Origin: Macrostomum lignano
Lineage: Eukaryota
DNA: 64,000 nucleotides
Direction: 5' to 3'
Assembly: GCA_002269645.1 (NCBI GenBank)
Contig: NIVC01000494.1
Location: 434,001 to 498,000, forward strand
Numbering within the stretch: position 1 is the first letter of the stretch; each line of letters opens with the position of its first letter. Shown here piece after piece: positions 1 through 19,920 of this stretch. Below the pieces are notes generated by a model that was not told the DNA's origin, did no database searches, and worked only from the letters and a program-made list of their open reading frames with translations. The position numbers were made by a program, and so were the translations under genes.

Positions 1-691
1 GTGTACACTTGCTGGAATTGCCGCTCCGCCACGGGGAATTCCGCGGTTAGCCCTCGGTCATGCCGCGATGATATACTGTAATTCTGGGGATAAATCCAAG
101 GGCATTTCGCAGATAATTCCAAGGGCATCCCAAGGAATTGCCTTGTAATTGCCACCGAATTTTTCTTAAACTGTGCTTTGACAAAATCTGCTTTGAGAGA
201 GTCGTCTTAATTAGCCTATCTGTCCATGCAAAAATTGGTAAGTTTCAATTTAAACATCCCCTTTTTGTTAAATTTTGTGTTTAACATGCAGAATACCGTA
301 ACTCTAACTAGCTTTATCAGATAATTGTTACAGGTGCTAATACTTGTTCCAGCTTAGTGCTTCTCAAATAGATTTAAAAATTAAACTACTAAAATAGTTG
401 TTTTAATTACCTTGCCGCCCAAGCCTTTGCTAAATTGTAGCACTATTTTTAGTTCCATGTTGCTTCTGTACACTTGTAGGAGTACACTGTCAAATGTAAT
501 GTAGATATCATACTGTACATTGACTAAGGGTATTACCGCCAACTGACGAAAAGTACATTTTATATGAAAATAAATTTTACTGCAAAGGACTTATCCGTTC
601 GTTTTTTAATTGTTGGTTAACAAAAAATCATAGCTGGAAAAAAACGAATCGATACTTCAGATTTCAACACTTCTTAAAACCTTTTTTCCAG

Positions 692-3600
692 ATGGCAACC
701 AGAATTAAAATGTGCGAGCGTTTTGGCGAAATCCTTATTATTATCTTTTGCGTTGCAAGCATTCTAAGGTGAGTCTGTTGCTGAAATGTCAAAGTAGGAT
801 TTGCGGTCAGTTACAATGATTTAAGAAGACTTACACTAAATTACGTATTTCAGTGCCTATGCTGGCAGTCATTATTGCTACAACTCTCGAACGGACGAAA
901 TTGACATTGCCAAACGCCATCAAAAGGACGAGACACTGACTGCGGAACTGGAACCATCCAGTACTGCTAGAGTGTCGCCCCGGACACCTGCAAACTGTCA
1001 ATGGGAGATTTCCTGCTTTGGACTGAGGCAAAATGCGCCAATGCAGATGGCACTGATTGCAGGCAGGTACAACAGCAACATCGCGATGCACTATCAGATG
1101 GGTGAACATCAGTACGACGTTTCTAACGGTCTGATGCATGGAATCACCCTGTTTGATGAGTGAGTACTGACGCTTGGAGTCTTGGGTTATCATGGTGTGA
1201 GACCAGCTAGCATCTAATTAGCACTCTGAGACATTGTGAGACCAGCTAGCATCTAATTAGCACTCTGAGACAGTGTGAGACCAGCTAGCATCTAATTAGC
1301 ACTCTGAGACAGTGTGAGACCAGCTAGCATCTAATTAGCACTCTGAGACAGTGTGAGACCAGCTAGCATCTAATTAGCACTCTGAGACAGTGTGAGACCA
1401 GCTAGCATCTAATTAGCACTCTGAGACAGTGTGAGACCAGCTAGCATCTAATTAGCACTCTGAGACAGTGTGAGACCAGCTAGCATCTAATTAGCACTCT
1501 GAGACAGTGTGAGACCAGCTAGCATCTAATTAGCACTCTGAGACAGTGTGAGACCAGCTAGCATCTAATTAGCACTCTGAGGCAGTGTGAGACCAGCTAG
1601 CATCTAATTAGCACTCTGAGACAGTGTGAGACCAGCTAGCATCTAATTAGCACTCTGAGACAGTGTGAGACCAGCTTATACATTGTTGTTTTTGTATGCT
1701 ACGAGCGTATTTACAAAAATTTATATATTAAAACAAATATATATTAAAACAAAAATTTTTATATTACTCACTCGAACCGACCCAATCAACCTGCAGCAGC
1801 TGCATCATCAAGGTGTCGGCCTCCATGAGCTCCAAGCATCCTCCGGAGCCGCCCAGTCTAAGAGTGGTGCTGCTTCAATCCAATATCTGTGCCAGGGACT
1901 TTCTCTATTTTCAAGGCGGCTGCTACACAGCCAGTGGAATCCGTCAGAGCTTCAAGGACTTCTCCAGCAGCATCCTGGGCTCTGCTCAGCTGGCCAGCTT
2001 CTCCAGCAAGGCTGAGATCAGCAGCTTCATCGAAGCGAGTGAGTCTAGAAAACGAATTTGAGGATGAAGGAGATAACAGATATTAGACAGTAGATTTTAG
2101 GTACAAAGGAGATCAATTTATGTAGAGGGTAGACATGGAGGGTAGTGGAGTAGACATGGAGGATAGTGGAGGAGACATGGAGGATAGTGGGGTAGACATG
2201 GAGGATAGTGGATTAGACATGGAGGATAGTGGATTAGACATGGAGGATAGTGGAGTAGACATGGAGGATAGTGGATTAGACATGGAGGATAGTGGAGTAG
2301 ACATGGAGGATAGTGGAGTAGACATGGAGGATAGTGGAGTAGACATGGAGGATAATGGAATAGACATGGATGATTAAAGCGGAGGGAAGCTGAGGATGAT
2401 GAAACAGAAAATGATGAGAAAAGAAATAGGATAAAAGAGCCATGAAGAGAGACTTGACAAGACTTCAGAGTTCTTTGCTGAACTTTTCAGACATGGCCAT
2501 CGTGCCGATCCGTCGGCGGCCTCTCAGCTTCACCCAACCTGTCCGCATCGGTCTGTTTTACCGTACAGCCGATGCTGTCGTCCTGTCGCTGGCCTCAAAC
2601 TCCACCAGCTGCTGGCTACAGCCCACGCCTCAGTTTAAACTGTTTCGGTGAGCGTCCTGTGTGTACTGTCTGCACTCCGCCAATCAGCTCTCTCCTGACT
2701 GTGTGACCCGCTCTCTCCTGACTGTGTGACCCGCTCTCTCCTGACTGTGTGACCCGCTCTCTCCTGACTGTGTGACCCGCTCTCTCCTGACTGTGTGACC
2801 CGCTCTCTGCTGACTGTGTGACCCGCTCTCTCCTGACTGTGTGACCCACTCTCTCCTGACTGTGTGACCCGCTCTCTCCTGACTGTGTGACCCGCTCTCT
2901 CCTGACTGTGTGACCCTCTCTCTCCTGACTGTGTGACCCGCTCTCTCCTGACTGTATGACCCGCTCTCTCCTGCCTGTCCTGACCCGCTCTCTCCTGTCT
3001 GCGTGACCCGCTCTCTCCTGCCTGTCCTGACCCGCTCTCTCCTGTCTGCGTGACCCGCTCTCTCCTGTCTTTGTGACCCTCTCTCTCCTGGCTGTCTACA
3101 TATAATCCACTCTCTCCTGCCTGTGTGACCCGCTCTCTCCTGTCTGTGTGACACGCTTTCTCCTGTCTGTGTGACCCGCTCTCTCCTGTCTGTGTGACCC
3201 TCTCTCTCCTGTCTGTGTGACCCTCTCTCTCCTGTCTGTGTGACCCTCTCTCTCCTGTCTGTGTGACCCTCTCTCTCCTGGCTGTCTACATATAATCCAC
3301 TCTCTCCTGTCTTTGTGACCCTCTCTCTCCTGTCTGTGTGACCCTCTCTCTCCTGTCTGTGTGACCCTCTCTCTCCTGTCTGTGTGACCCTCTCTCTCCT
3401 GTCTGCGTGACCCTCTCTCTCCTGTCTTTGTGACCCTCTCTCTCCTGTCTGTGTGACCCTCTCTCTCCTGTCTGTGTGACCCTCTCTCTCCTGGCTGTCT
3501 AGATATAATCCACTCTCTCCTGCCTGTCCTGACCCGCTCTCTCCTGCTTGTCTACATGTAATCTACTGTCTCTGCCTCTCTGTACAAATGTGTACCAACC

Positions 3601-4071
3601 ATCTCTGGAATCTAGATTTTCTATACTCACCCTTTACACAATTCTTTGTTCTTTGTCAGGGTGGCCAAAGGATCAAAAGGCTTGCTCTGCGGATCTCTAA
3701 AGCAGCTCGACTCGAATTCATCGAACTTCAGCATCGAATTCGTAGCTTGCTCCACTCTGCTTCGGTCTCTGGTCAGCTTCCCAGTGAGTGGCAGATCGCA
3801 CAGTCGCTTAGCTTTGTCTTGCGACTTTCTTCGGCTTGAACGTCAACATTCAGTAGCTGACACGCAGCCTCAGGACCCGATGGAGTCCAAGTTGAAAGCG
3901 CAGACGCCGTTGTCAATGACATTGTGTATCGTCTTCATTGTTTGTAGCGTTGCGGTGTTCTGCAGTGTGATCTACGGGGTGTACCGGTACAGATGTTACA
4001 AGCGATACCGTCGATTTAATGGACAGAGAAACTTTGAAGTCGTTGCTGACATTAAAAAATCATTGAAGTGA
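692..4071 (+). CDS. Gene B1: type I membrane protein, CUB-like + C-type-lectin-like ectodomain, about 397 aa (most divergent family-B member)
   Basis: Manual splice model: exons 692-768, 854-1159, 1797-2038, 2491-2647, 3660-4071. All introns are GT-AG with consistent phases (1194 nt, open). N-terminal hydrophobic stretch (EILIIIFCVASIL), GSHYC..C.WEI, C..FLYFQGGCY..AQLASFSS, PLSFTQPVRIGL, CGSL..IEFVACS, TM (LCIVFIVCSVAVFCSVIYGVY), short basic tail. Confidence 0.8.
1195..1676. repeat. 39-bp minisatellite (gtgtgagaccagctagcatctaattagcactctgagaca), about 12 copies, in B1 intron 2
   Basis: Near-perfect tandem copies with no spacers. The same unit occurs at 5411-5698 and 57465-57909. Confidence 0.97.
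2129..2374. repeat. 21-bp minisatellite (gtagacatggaggatagtgga), about 12 copies, in B1 intron 3
   Basis: Visible tandem period. It produces the spurious MEDSGVD and SMSTPLS ORFs. Confidence 0.95.
2688..3550. repeat. 23-bp minisatellite (ctctctcctgactgtgtgacccg and variants) in B1 intron 4
   Basis: Tandem period 23, drifting from ctgact/cccg to ctgtct/ccct variants along the array. Confidence 0.95.
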
Positions 4072-4988
4072 AGAGGACGCACTTTTTTCAACCTGAGTTA
4101 TCATCCCCTCTTTTCCTACTGTTAGTAGCCTGTTCTGGGTTTTCTTCTTTATTTATTCTAGGGTCTTTTTAAATATTGTTTAGACATAATGTACTTCTTC
4201 TGATAGATGTCTTTGCCAAGCTGTTTAGGTCTAAAGGTCAATCTTTTAGGGCCGATTTTGATATTCGATCACCTATTAAGCTCCTTGGGGTCTGAGAGGT
4301 CGCCCGGTAGACGCTTGGCCCGGTCTACTTACTCTCCTTCCGTTTCATCGCATTAATGTATCGTGCTCATCAGTGTATACAAATCGTTTAATATATATTA
4401 CCCTTTAGTACTATTAAATTACAGTTAGCTAATGTATTTAGACAAAGGTTGCAGTGAAAGCATGCTTTTTCGAAAAAAAACTTTTTCTGATATCCCTTCT
4501 AGTCAGAACCCCGATTTCAAGACAGCTGAAAACTAATTGGAATTTATCGGGAAACCCCGGCTTGCTTTTGTCCTTCATTCGTTACTCTGTAAAACAATGT
4601 ATTTGCTTAATGCTCATTGTCTGATTCTCATAATTTGTTTTAAGCAACAAACTGATGGAAAACAGCGCTGGTCAAGGTGAAGTATTATAGTTTATCTTAA
4701 AATAAATTATATTCAAAACTAATTTTTTCAATATAATTCTGTTCACATGTGCAGCATATCCTGTAGATGCTGGCTAAAATGCATGTAATTTACTTACAGC
4801 TAGCTACAGGTGGTCACATGCTGACGAATTTGCGATAAAATCAAAGTTAAAGTCAGCGAATTCCACTGCTGCTTTGAAATTTCGAAATTCGTGCCAAACT
4901 GAATTCTCTCCGTTAGTCGGGCAAGCGTGCAAATAAAAATGCGAACTTCATCTGTAGGACATGAAAATTGAAAGTGATAAAAGAGACG

Positions 4989-11431
<6,443 letters not shown>

Positions 11432-12441
11432 TCAAGTTCAAAAATGCTGCTAGCGAACTATGAATTGTAAAACAATCAAACGAGTTTCAATCTCAGTGTA
11501 GAAGGATGATGTAAAATAGTTTCACAATCCCCCAAGTTAACATTTTACATCTTAGAGTTGTACATACTATTTTTTCTCACGTTTAGCTTCAAAATTGTTG
11601 ACAAAAACGTTTGTAACTTTCTCTCCGATTCCTTAAGATCGTGTTTTTGTACATTGTTTTTTACACTCTTCGCGAATGCAATGCAATAAAAAATGCAAAA
11701 TATGACATGGTGGAACTGTTCAAATTCGGTGGCTCAAGGGGAATTGTTGAAATACGAGTATCTGCAGGGCTAATTTGGGAAATTGCTGAGATTCCAAGTG
11801 TTAATTGGGAGTAGTTGGTTGGCCAAGTATCTTGGCACCTTGCCAAAAGCTTTCAGGGCTTTTAACACCACTTTCCCTAAGAAACAATAGCGACTGTGCA
11901 TGGTCAAAAGCTACATGTAGTTTCTTTAAAAGAAATTTATTGTTTTTTTTGCGTTTTTGGTTGTCTCCATAATGTGAGCGACATCGATTGGAATTACACT
12001 AGATTACTTGGCTTCATATGATGGCGATGTGAACGAGACTGAATGAGTTTAAAATTGTTAAGCTTTTGCTATAATGTACATCAAGTGGAAGCGTGCATGC
12101 CAGCGAAAAGTTTTTTAGACAATAACGGTCTGATGAGAAAGAGATTTCGAGCAGAAATGAGAGAGAGCGTTTATTTATCGTGGCTTTTCCGCGGAAATAC
12201 CTTCTATACAAGTAACTAAAATCTAAACAGACAGGCCTTGCTTGTTTTTCATCATTATCAGATTAATATTGAGATTGAATACTTTTATGCAGTGTTAGAG
12301 CTCTGTTACAACTCGGATATTCTACTAAACACTGAGTGGCTACCGCATTTAGCTACACGGTTTTGCTTTGAGGCAGTCGAAAAAGCTTCTGAATATTCGG
12401 ACAGGAAGTTGCCAGTAGTTATACTTCAATTGAAATCTAGA

Positions 12442-13134
12442 ATGGCTTTTATTTTGTTGTTGATTTTTGTCCACTGCCTGATATCTTGGTGAGCAATGGA
12501 TTTTATATTTTATAATTAGTAGATCTAAGAGGTTCCCCACAGGGGTTTTCCAGTCAAATTTCATGTCTAATCCAGTCGGATTTGAAATCGCTAGTCTAGT
12601 TCTAATCTAGTCTTAGTCTAGTTCTAATCTAGTCTTAGTCTAGTTATAATCTAGTCTTATTCTAGTCTAATCTAGTCAAGTATAGTCTACAGACTGGGGC
12701 TTTAGCACCAAGGGCGCCAGCTATTGAACCTTTTATTACGATTCGCTACTACTGTTTCCAGTCAACATAGTATGCAAGCAATTAACAACCAACCCTAACC
12801 TTTCGCAGTGCTGAGGCCGGTCATTACTACTGCGGCAAATACGGCATGGCTGTCAACATGACTGAACAGTCTGGGCCCGTTGACTACCTCATCCTCCCGT
12901 GGGAAGAGGGCCAAAAGAATTTACCCAAGAAACTCAGCTGCAAATGGAAGTTCAGTGGTAGATTCAGTAGGAATGTAATCCTGCTCCTGAAGGGATTCGA
13001 CACTGAAAACGTGGACCTGAGTCTCCGACGAGTGGTGCGATCGGCTAAGCATTCTAGTCTGACAGCTGGAAGAATTCGGTACAGGTTCCTGCCTTATGAA
13101 TGTGAGTCATGCAAGTTATAGCTTATCAACGTGG

Positions 13135-13170
<36 letters not shown>

Positions 13171-13173
13171 GGC

Positions 13174-13210
<37 letters not shown>

Positions 13211-13213
13211 GGC

Positions 13214-13281
<68 letters not shown>

Positions 13282-13299
13282 TGACAGACAGACAGACAC

Positions 13300-13350
<51 letters not shown>

Positions 13351-13351
13351 C

Positions 13352-13390
<39 letters not shown>

Positions 13391-15353
13391 CTCGGGTGCA
13401 CTAACACTCAAAAAGTACCACAACATAGACAACTGAAGTGCATGTTCATGGATGAATGCCTAAGTACGAGGTACTAAACTCAACCCACGTAGATACATTT
13501 TGCGCTGCAATTTCTTGAAGTAAATATTTTTCATTAACGAAATATTTTTTAATCAAGGAAAATAAATGCACACTATGTAATAAAGCGTAAGCTAGGCGAA
13601 AATTCCGTACTGCATGCTCGTCTATGCATTATGAGTTGGACATCCAATATCCAATATTTTGTAGCTTCTCTGACTGCACACAACTTTCATGGCATCGTCC
13701 AGTTTTAGTAGCAAAAGCTGACAAAAGCTAAAGAAGACAACTTTAGGACTCGCGTATGACTAATGACTCGCAAACAAATTTCCAACAGTAAACCTCCCAT
13801 TTCAAACTTAAATGCAGCAACAATTCAATGCTTTCAGACTTTGTCAACGGCAGCTGCTCAGCTCAAGCTGCTCGAGGCTGGCAATCCGTGGAACTGAAGA
13901 CACTTCGCGTTCTACAGTTGCCAAGAAGGTGAAAAATGAATCTGCTTTGGTTTTTACATTTTGCTTTTCCGTTCCTGATTGAACTGCCTATAGCTATTTT
14001 TATCATATCTACTTGAAAGGTTTAATTGCACCTGCAGTAGCGGATTTGGGGGGGGGGGGCAAGAGCATGTGCATGCAGCTCATGATAGTACGTACTATTC
14101 TTAACGTTTTCAAAATTTGCGAAGGTTAGGCCGTACTTTTACTTTTTCAATTCCACTCCTTAGAAGCAATTTACATGTCGAGTTCGACACGGGCTCCAGC
14201 GGGAATCCTCACGACACACCTGGTCTGCGAATCCAGCTGATGGAGCCGGGATTCTGCAGCTCAGACGTTGTCTGTTTTGAGCACAGCTGCTACTCAATCT
14301 CATCGGCTCGGAGGTCGCTGAAAGCAGAGCTGACTGCAATCTGCAGCGATGGAGGACTCGCACAGCTGGCCAGCTTTAACAGCTCCAGCGCTCTGCAGAA
14401 CTTTGTGGCTCAAAGTAAGCTGCCATAGCTACAAGTGACTGAAGATTGCATGGTTGCGCAATTTGACTCAAACTCTGTCGATGACTTTTGCAGGCCAGCG
14501 GACCATTGTTGGAACCGGTCTGAAAGCCCGCAGCAAAACTCCGCTGAATCTCACACAGCCAGTTCGCATCGGGCTTCTGCACGATCGACTGACTGGCTCC
14601 ATTTTCTACCTGAGCAACTCAAATGGCGAACTGGAGCTGAAGCCGCTGGTCGAGTCGAAAATTCTGTGAGCATTTTCTCTTTGGTCTTGCTCTCCATCAG
14701 CTGCCAATCATAAATTGCTCGTATTTCTTAACTGCAGCTACTACAATGTTTGGCCTACGAGTTCGAGATTCTCATGCGGCTCCCTGAAACTTGCTCAGAC
14801 AGCCGATGGCACCGAGGTGTCCTTCGGAGTCGTCGAGTTTGTCAGCTGCAGCGAGTCGCTGCCGGCGCTGCTCAGCTTTCGAGACACCGCCAGAAACTGC
14901 TGCTGCGGCTGCAGCGCCAGAGCTGTGCTCAGCCAGATTGAAAAAGCAGAATCTCACGTATTTGTCTATAAGACTTCCACTGAATCGTCTAATACGACAC
15001 CTATTCCAAAACCTCGGTTGGAAACCGTATCGAAAATCAGTAGGTCTGATGCTGCTGCTCCGAAATCGGATTCCACTGACATTCCCCAAAAATTTTCGCA
15101 AGAAACTGAGACGAATAAAGTTGATTATGATTCATACGTAATTCCATTTTTCGCCGTGCTTGCGTACTCGATTTTGTTAAGTATAGGCATGATCATTGGC
15201 GCTTATTACTTTTGGTACAGGATTCGCTCGCCTCCACCGGGCACATTGACCCGTATTTATTACACGGAAAGCACGCTGGGGCCAAGCAGGACTTCAAGTT
15301 TAGCCCGCAACCCTGCTGATATTTTATTGGACCCCAGCAACCATTGCAGTTAG
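12442..15353 (+). CDS. Gene B2: CUB-like + C-type-lectin-like type I membrane protein, about 489 aa
   Basis: Exons 12442-12488, 12809-13101, 13838-13928, 14164-14414, 14494-14665, 14738-15353 (1470 nt, open, GT-AG). Signal peptide MAFILLLIFVHCLISC. CUB-like C..SG..C.WKF..ILLLKGFD..SNLHVEFDT..GLRIQL. CTLD-like C..FEHSCY..C..LAQLASFNS..RIGL..CGSL..C. TM FFAVLAYSILLSIGMIIGAYYFW. Confidence 0.85.
13135..13390. repeat. (CAGA)n microsatellite in B2 intron 2
   Basis: Tetranucleotide run. It gives the TDRQ and SVCL pseudo-ORFs. Confidence 0.99.
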
Positions 15354-15403
15354 CGACTTTTTTCTCACAGTCTCAATCAACTTTTCTAATTACGAGCTAT
15401 ATA

Positions 15404-15656
15404 CTCAGCAACATTGAAAAGTCGCCATCACAGCGGATTCCGTCTGTGGTCGCCACAAAGTCTCTCAATCTTTGCGAGTGACGCAACTTACACACTGCGG
15501 CAGACTTGAGTTGAGGAATGAAATGGGGTAAGCGGTGTGCGAGGGTTGGACGGATTAAAGCTACCCCGATCAGTTTTCTCGTATCTTTTATTTCAGAATA
15601 GTTTAAGAGAAATTGCTTACTGGCGCATAGAGTGGCGACTTTTCAATGTTGCTGAG
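15404..15656. mobile_element. MITE with about 24-bp terminal inverted repeats and TA flanks, just after the B2 stop codon
   Basis: ctcagcaacattgaaaagtcgcca at 15404 and tggcgactttttcaatgttgctgag ending 15656, with TA on both sides. Absent from the paralogous position after B3. Confidence 0.75.
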
Positions 15657-18454
15657 TACATGTATGTTGTAACGGGACAATAAAATAGAACGATGCACAA
15701 TCAACCAAATCGTATTTGACAAATCTCCTGTACTATAATTGTTTTGGTCAGCTTAAATAATTTGCACTACAACGATGAGTAAAATTGTACATGTGCATGT
15801 ACTGAGGCGACCAATGCTGAATGAACTATAGTTATAGTAGATGCATATCTAATATTTGCTCGTACTAAAATGTATTCTAATTTTTTGTATGATTACTTTT
15901 AGTATTTATCTGACTGGCACTTAGCTCTTTATTCAAGCACTGACCAGTTTTTTTGTTAAATTATATTGCATTAATATTTTGAGCGAATTAATTACTTACG
16001 AGCAAATAGCTGCATACATTTTAAGCCTTCAGAGCTGCAAAAAACAAAAAAAATTAAATTTATTATATTTGAGCTAAATTTGTGTTAAAATGTTCTTTTT
16101 GGTGATCTAATTTCTATGAGCACCATTTTGATATCTTTGATGAGTTGTTTTTCGATTATTCGGCTAAATTATCAACAAACTTTTAATCGGCAATTTACGC
16201 GATTGCCGATTGCACACTCAATCAGTCTTGCATGCAAATTCTGTCCTAATGTTTTTCACTTGAGATAAAAATAAACTAAGTTGACGAAATCTAATAAACT
16301 GAAAGATTTTTTTTCAAAGAATTTTGAAAAATTGATGGATTCGACCTGAGACACCTGAGAACAGATATGTTTCAGCCAGCGAGATTGCTTACGGACAGCC
16401 GAGCCCTCTACCAAGGACATGTGGCCAAATGAATAAAGTGAACAATAACTGGCGAGTTTCACCTCAAACTCTGAGATTAAGCAAGAGCTCGAACTCGACC
16501 AACTGCTCCAGTTCATATGAATAAAGGAATTCCTCAAACACGCGGAGCATTTGCTCCTCATTCTGAGTAACTGCTTGGCACCTCTTGGCCATAGACGAAG
16601 AGAAAGCGGTCATCTCTCGTGTGTCGTATGAATCGCCTTATCTTTCGTAATAGCGTCTGTCTCGAAGTAGAAACTGACTTAGCTTAGGTTTGCGTCAGTT
16701 TGATTTCAACAGGAATTCAACAGAGATGGGCCCGGTAGAAACTGACGACGACGAGATCCCAGAAACCCAACGCTTTCACGAGAGAAACGAAAGAGCCGCT
16801 TATTCTCATCGTCGCGATACACGTCCATACTGTGTCGTTCCATATATAGTTTTCGCTCCGCAGGCACTCTGTCTGGAATGAATTCGGCCATCTGGAATAA
16901 CACAAGGTTCACTTTCAAAGCAGTGGCTGGATGCTGCTCAACCAGTAAGTCTACTACAGAGGAGACTCAACTTTTGGTAAGCAAGATCTCAAGAAAATTT
17001 GTCTAGGACCAGAGTTTATTCATATACTGAAGCGAGTCTCTACTCCGTCACCGAGCATTTGCTCACGGGGAGAGCACTAACTCTTGGGAAATTGATTTTG
17101 AGCACTTGCTCAGGAGGACGCACTCATTTTATTCATACTGATTTGAGAATCTCGCCGAGTTTGAGGAACTACTCACTTTATTCATACGGCCAATGGTGAT
17201 GGAAGCTCCTTGTTTGGCGACTCTGTCTTCGATATGCCGAGGCAATGCAGCTCCGGCTTCCAGGTGGCGTCCGGCTTCCCGGCTTCTGGAAATCTTACAC
17301 AGACAGCATGCAACAGCTAGGAAAAACTTGTTGTAGCTCGTATTGGACGCGAGCTGCTCCGACACAAGGCAGACTTTCAGCTGGTTATTGTCGGTGAGAT
17401 TTTGCGTAGTTTGGCATCGGTGCAGGTGTGGAATTCGTCTCAATTTCTAAATTTTATAGAGTTGCTAGGGTGCTTTATAATGGAATAAAACGCTATCCCA
17501 AAAATTGAAAGTCCCTATAGTTGGAGTGACGCAACTCACGCCATACCGCTAGGTTGTTCATCATACTATAAGGTCAATTTTAAAATGAGTCTGAACCAAC
17601 CGTAGAATTATTTGAACAGTCTGACCCGCGCAGCTTACTGGCGGCAATGTTGAACGGCTTTTGATGTATACAACGGCCCCAGCTTTCTTATCATGCATAA
17701 CCGTCCAAGGACCACTAGAAGTTACCGTTTTATCAGGGTGAATTCTGCCGTAATTTCTAGTAGAATTCTGCCGTAAGGTACATATACAAGTATGAATGTT
17801 TTAGCCATATGGCTAGCAGCCGAGCTCCAAACAATGACCTCTGAATCCAAACAATTCAACAGTTTAACTAACTTTCGGTGACTTAAATGAAGTAAAACAA
17901 ATTATCACTGTATCCCCCCCAATTAATTGAGAATGTGCAAAGAATTAACATGGTTAAAATACACAATCACAAACAATACTTTTTATAAACAATAAATAAA
18001 TAATTACGGAATTAAAATGAAAGGTCAACTTTACAAAGCAGCATGATAAAGTTTCCAGCCTTTTAAACCAGTGGTAAACAAATGACAGCGCTTTAATTAA
18101 ACTCCAGATATAATCTGGGATCCGATTATCCGATCAGATTTGCTTCTCACTAAGCTTAAACTGATTGAAAGTTCGAGCTAGTCGATCTTATAGCATTTCT
18201 GGCATACGAAAAGGCATATGCAAAACACCCATGCAATCAAAGGGGTCCCGATAAAGATTGCTCCCTCTTGATCGCTCTGTCTGTCCACTCTAGCTATTAG
18301 GACATATTCTCTACATTGGGGCTGACTACTGGCCCCGAGACCGCATTCGTTTTTGTACGTTCGTCTGCAGAAAAAGCATTTAACTACGAGTAATTTCTAG
18401 ATAAATAACAGATAAAACACCCCTCCACGCAAGACCCTGACAGCTGAAGAATAC

Positions 18455-18770
18455 AAATGAAGATAAAGAGCGACGGTTAGTGGGCCGTTAAAAGAACCGA
18501 CCTCAGGGAGATGTACATGGTCCTAACCGGCAACGGATTTTTCCAGAGACATGTTTCGTTGCAAACCGGTTGCCCTGCCACCTGCCTTTTCTGTGACGTA
18601 GGAGAAGAGACCGCGGAGTATCAAGTCACTTTCTGCCCTTTACTTCAATAAGGCGCGGCACAAGCTGCACAATCTGCCACTCCCAGCGGATGGACGAGCT
18701 GACCACCCTGGCAAAAACCCGTTATCTTCACGCCTTCGTCTGAGATACCGGCTGGATTGAGACTTGAGTT
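18455..18770 (+). mobile_element. Degenerate 3' end of a non-LTR retrotransposon (R1/LOA/I-type C-terminal zinc knuckle)
   Basis: Translates as [37 protein letters not shown], matching the LTG.G.F..H..C..C..ET..H..CP motif. A paralogous copy is at 28630-28950. Confidence 0.6.
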
Positions 18771-19429
18771 AGGGGAAGTGGATACCAGATGGCCGTCACT
18801 CGGTAAATTAGGACGTGATTGGCTCGAGAGCAGGGGTAGCCGGATGGCGTTCCTGCCGCGTGCCAAAGAGTGACCGGATGGTCGGGTCGCACAAAAGATC
18901 CGAGCCGAAAAATGCCGTCTTGTACATGTATAGATTTCCAGCGATCTGTGCATCTTAATTAAGCAATTTTATGACTTTTTGATTACGCTCGTAAACGAGC
19001 ATGAACTCAAGCTGGTAAATCGATTTTGAGAGGTTGAGGTTAATTTTAACCTCGTACTTCAAACCCTACCCTATAAAACTTGACAGGTGCCGTCATAGAT
19101 CAAGAAAAAACACAAAAGAAAAGAAAAGTAGTCCTAAAAAGTACATCCGGGTCCTAAAATACAAGCCTAAGAACTAACAATGGAGATAAGAACCCTAAGC
19201 ATGCCTACTAGCAGTAGTTACATTACATTACAACGACGCTAGGGTCGGGGGTAGTATTGGTTTTTGCATGCTAAGTGAGACATTTTTCAAGCAATCTGAG
19301 ACTGAATAGCAAAAACACTATTGTCTATGGCCACCCCTCGCTGCAGCCCAGCGTTTGGGATCGCCTTGAAAGCAAATTGAGAAATTTTTAAAGCTAAGTG
19401 AGAACCATATTGAAAACAAAGGCTGGGCT

Positions 19430-19573
19430 ATGGCAAATCAACAGCGTCTAACAAGCAACGAGGATAGAGAGCACCTGGTCAATGCCGTCGAAGATGGTTA
19501 CTCAATTTCGACTGCGTCCAAAATCCTTAATCTGAACAAGAACAAGTGTATCAACATGCAACCCTTTGTTTGA
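19430..19573 (+). mobile_element. Possible N-terminal HTH remnant of a Tc1/IS630-like transposase
   Basis: MANQQRLTSNEDREHLVNAVEDGYSISTASKILNLNK resembles transposase HTH starts. It is short and has no catalytic domain. Confidence 0.4.
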
Positions 19574-19667
19574 ACGCTTATAACATTATCAACAATTTTT
19601 GTACCGCTTGTTTTGTTGTGTTCCTGCGTATCCTTTTCTAAATATATAGTTTCCGACGGGAGCACGA

Positions 19668-19920
19668 GAAATGCCCGCAGATGAATTGCCCGCCGAGATT
19701 TGCCCGCAGGAGATTTGCCCGTGGAGATTTGCCCGCCGAGCTTTTCCCGCGGAGATTTGCCCGCAGTGCATTTTGCCCGTGAGCGAATTGCCGTGGAGAT
19801 TTGCCCGCCGAGAATTGCCCGCCGAGATTTGCCCGCAATGCAATTTTCCCGCGAGTGAATTGCCCGCGAGCGAATTGCCCGCCGAGTTTTTTCCCGCCGA
19901 GGTTTGCCCGCAATGCTTTT
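19668..19920. repeat. Degenerate 15-16-bp tandem repeat (gagatttgcccgc core)
   Basis: Recurrent ttgcccgc core. Stop-free frames give the GQISAGN and PAEIC pseudo-ORFs. Confidence 0.85.

Noticed and set aside
1195-1676. CRISPR-like look of the 39-bp, 34-bp and 23-bp arrays
   Set aside because: Units are directly adjacent with no unique spacers, there are no cas genes, and the context is eukaryotic.
2113-2377. MEDSGVD acidic repeat protein
   Set aside because: It lies between a valid donor (2039) and acceptor (2490) of B1 and is an intronic minisatellite.
4597-4677. MYLLNAHCLILIICF.. as first coding exon of A1 (and 56722-56784 for A2)
   Set aside because: Phases (2 and 0) do not fit the phase-1 exon 2. 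Better signal-peptide exons at 4989 and 57042 are homologous to each other.
12130-12152. Hammerhead-like CTGATGA-GAAA-GAGA-TTTC
   Set aside because: Stem II is followed by GAGC rather than the essential GAAA, and no stems I or III are evident.
16706-16918. YRDDENKRLFRFSRESVGFL, reminiscent of the start of PIF/Harbinger transposases
   Set aside because: Too short, following frames do not continue the motif, and no TIRs were seen. It would need a profile search.
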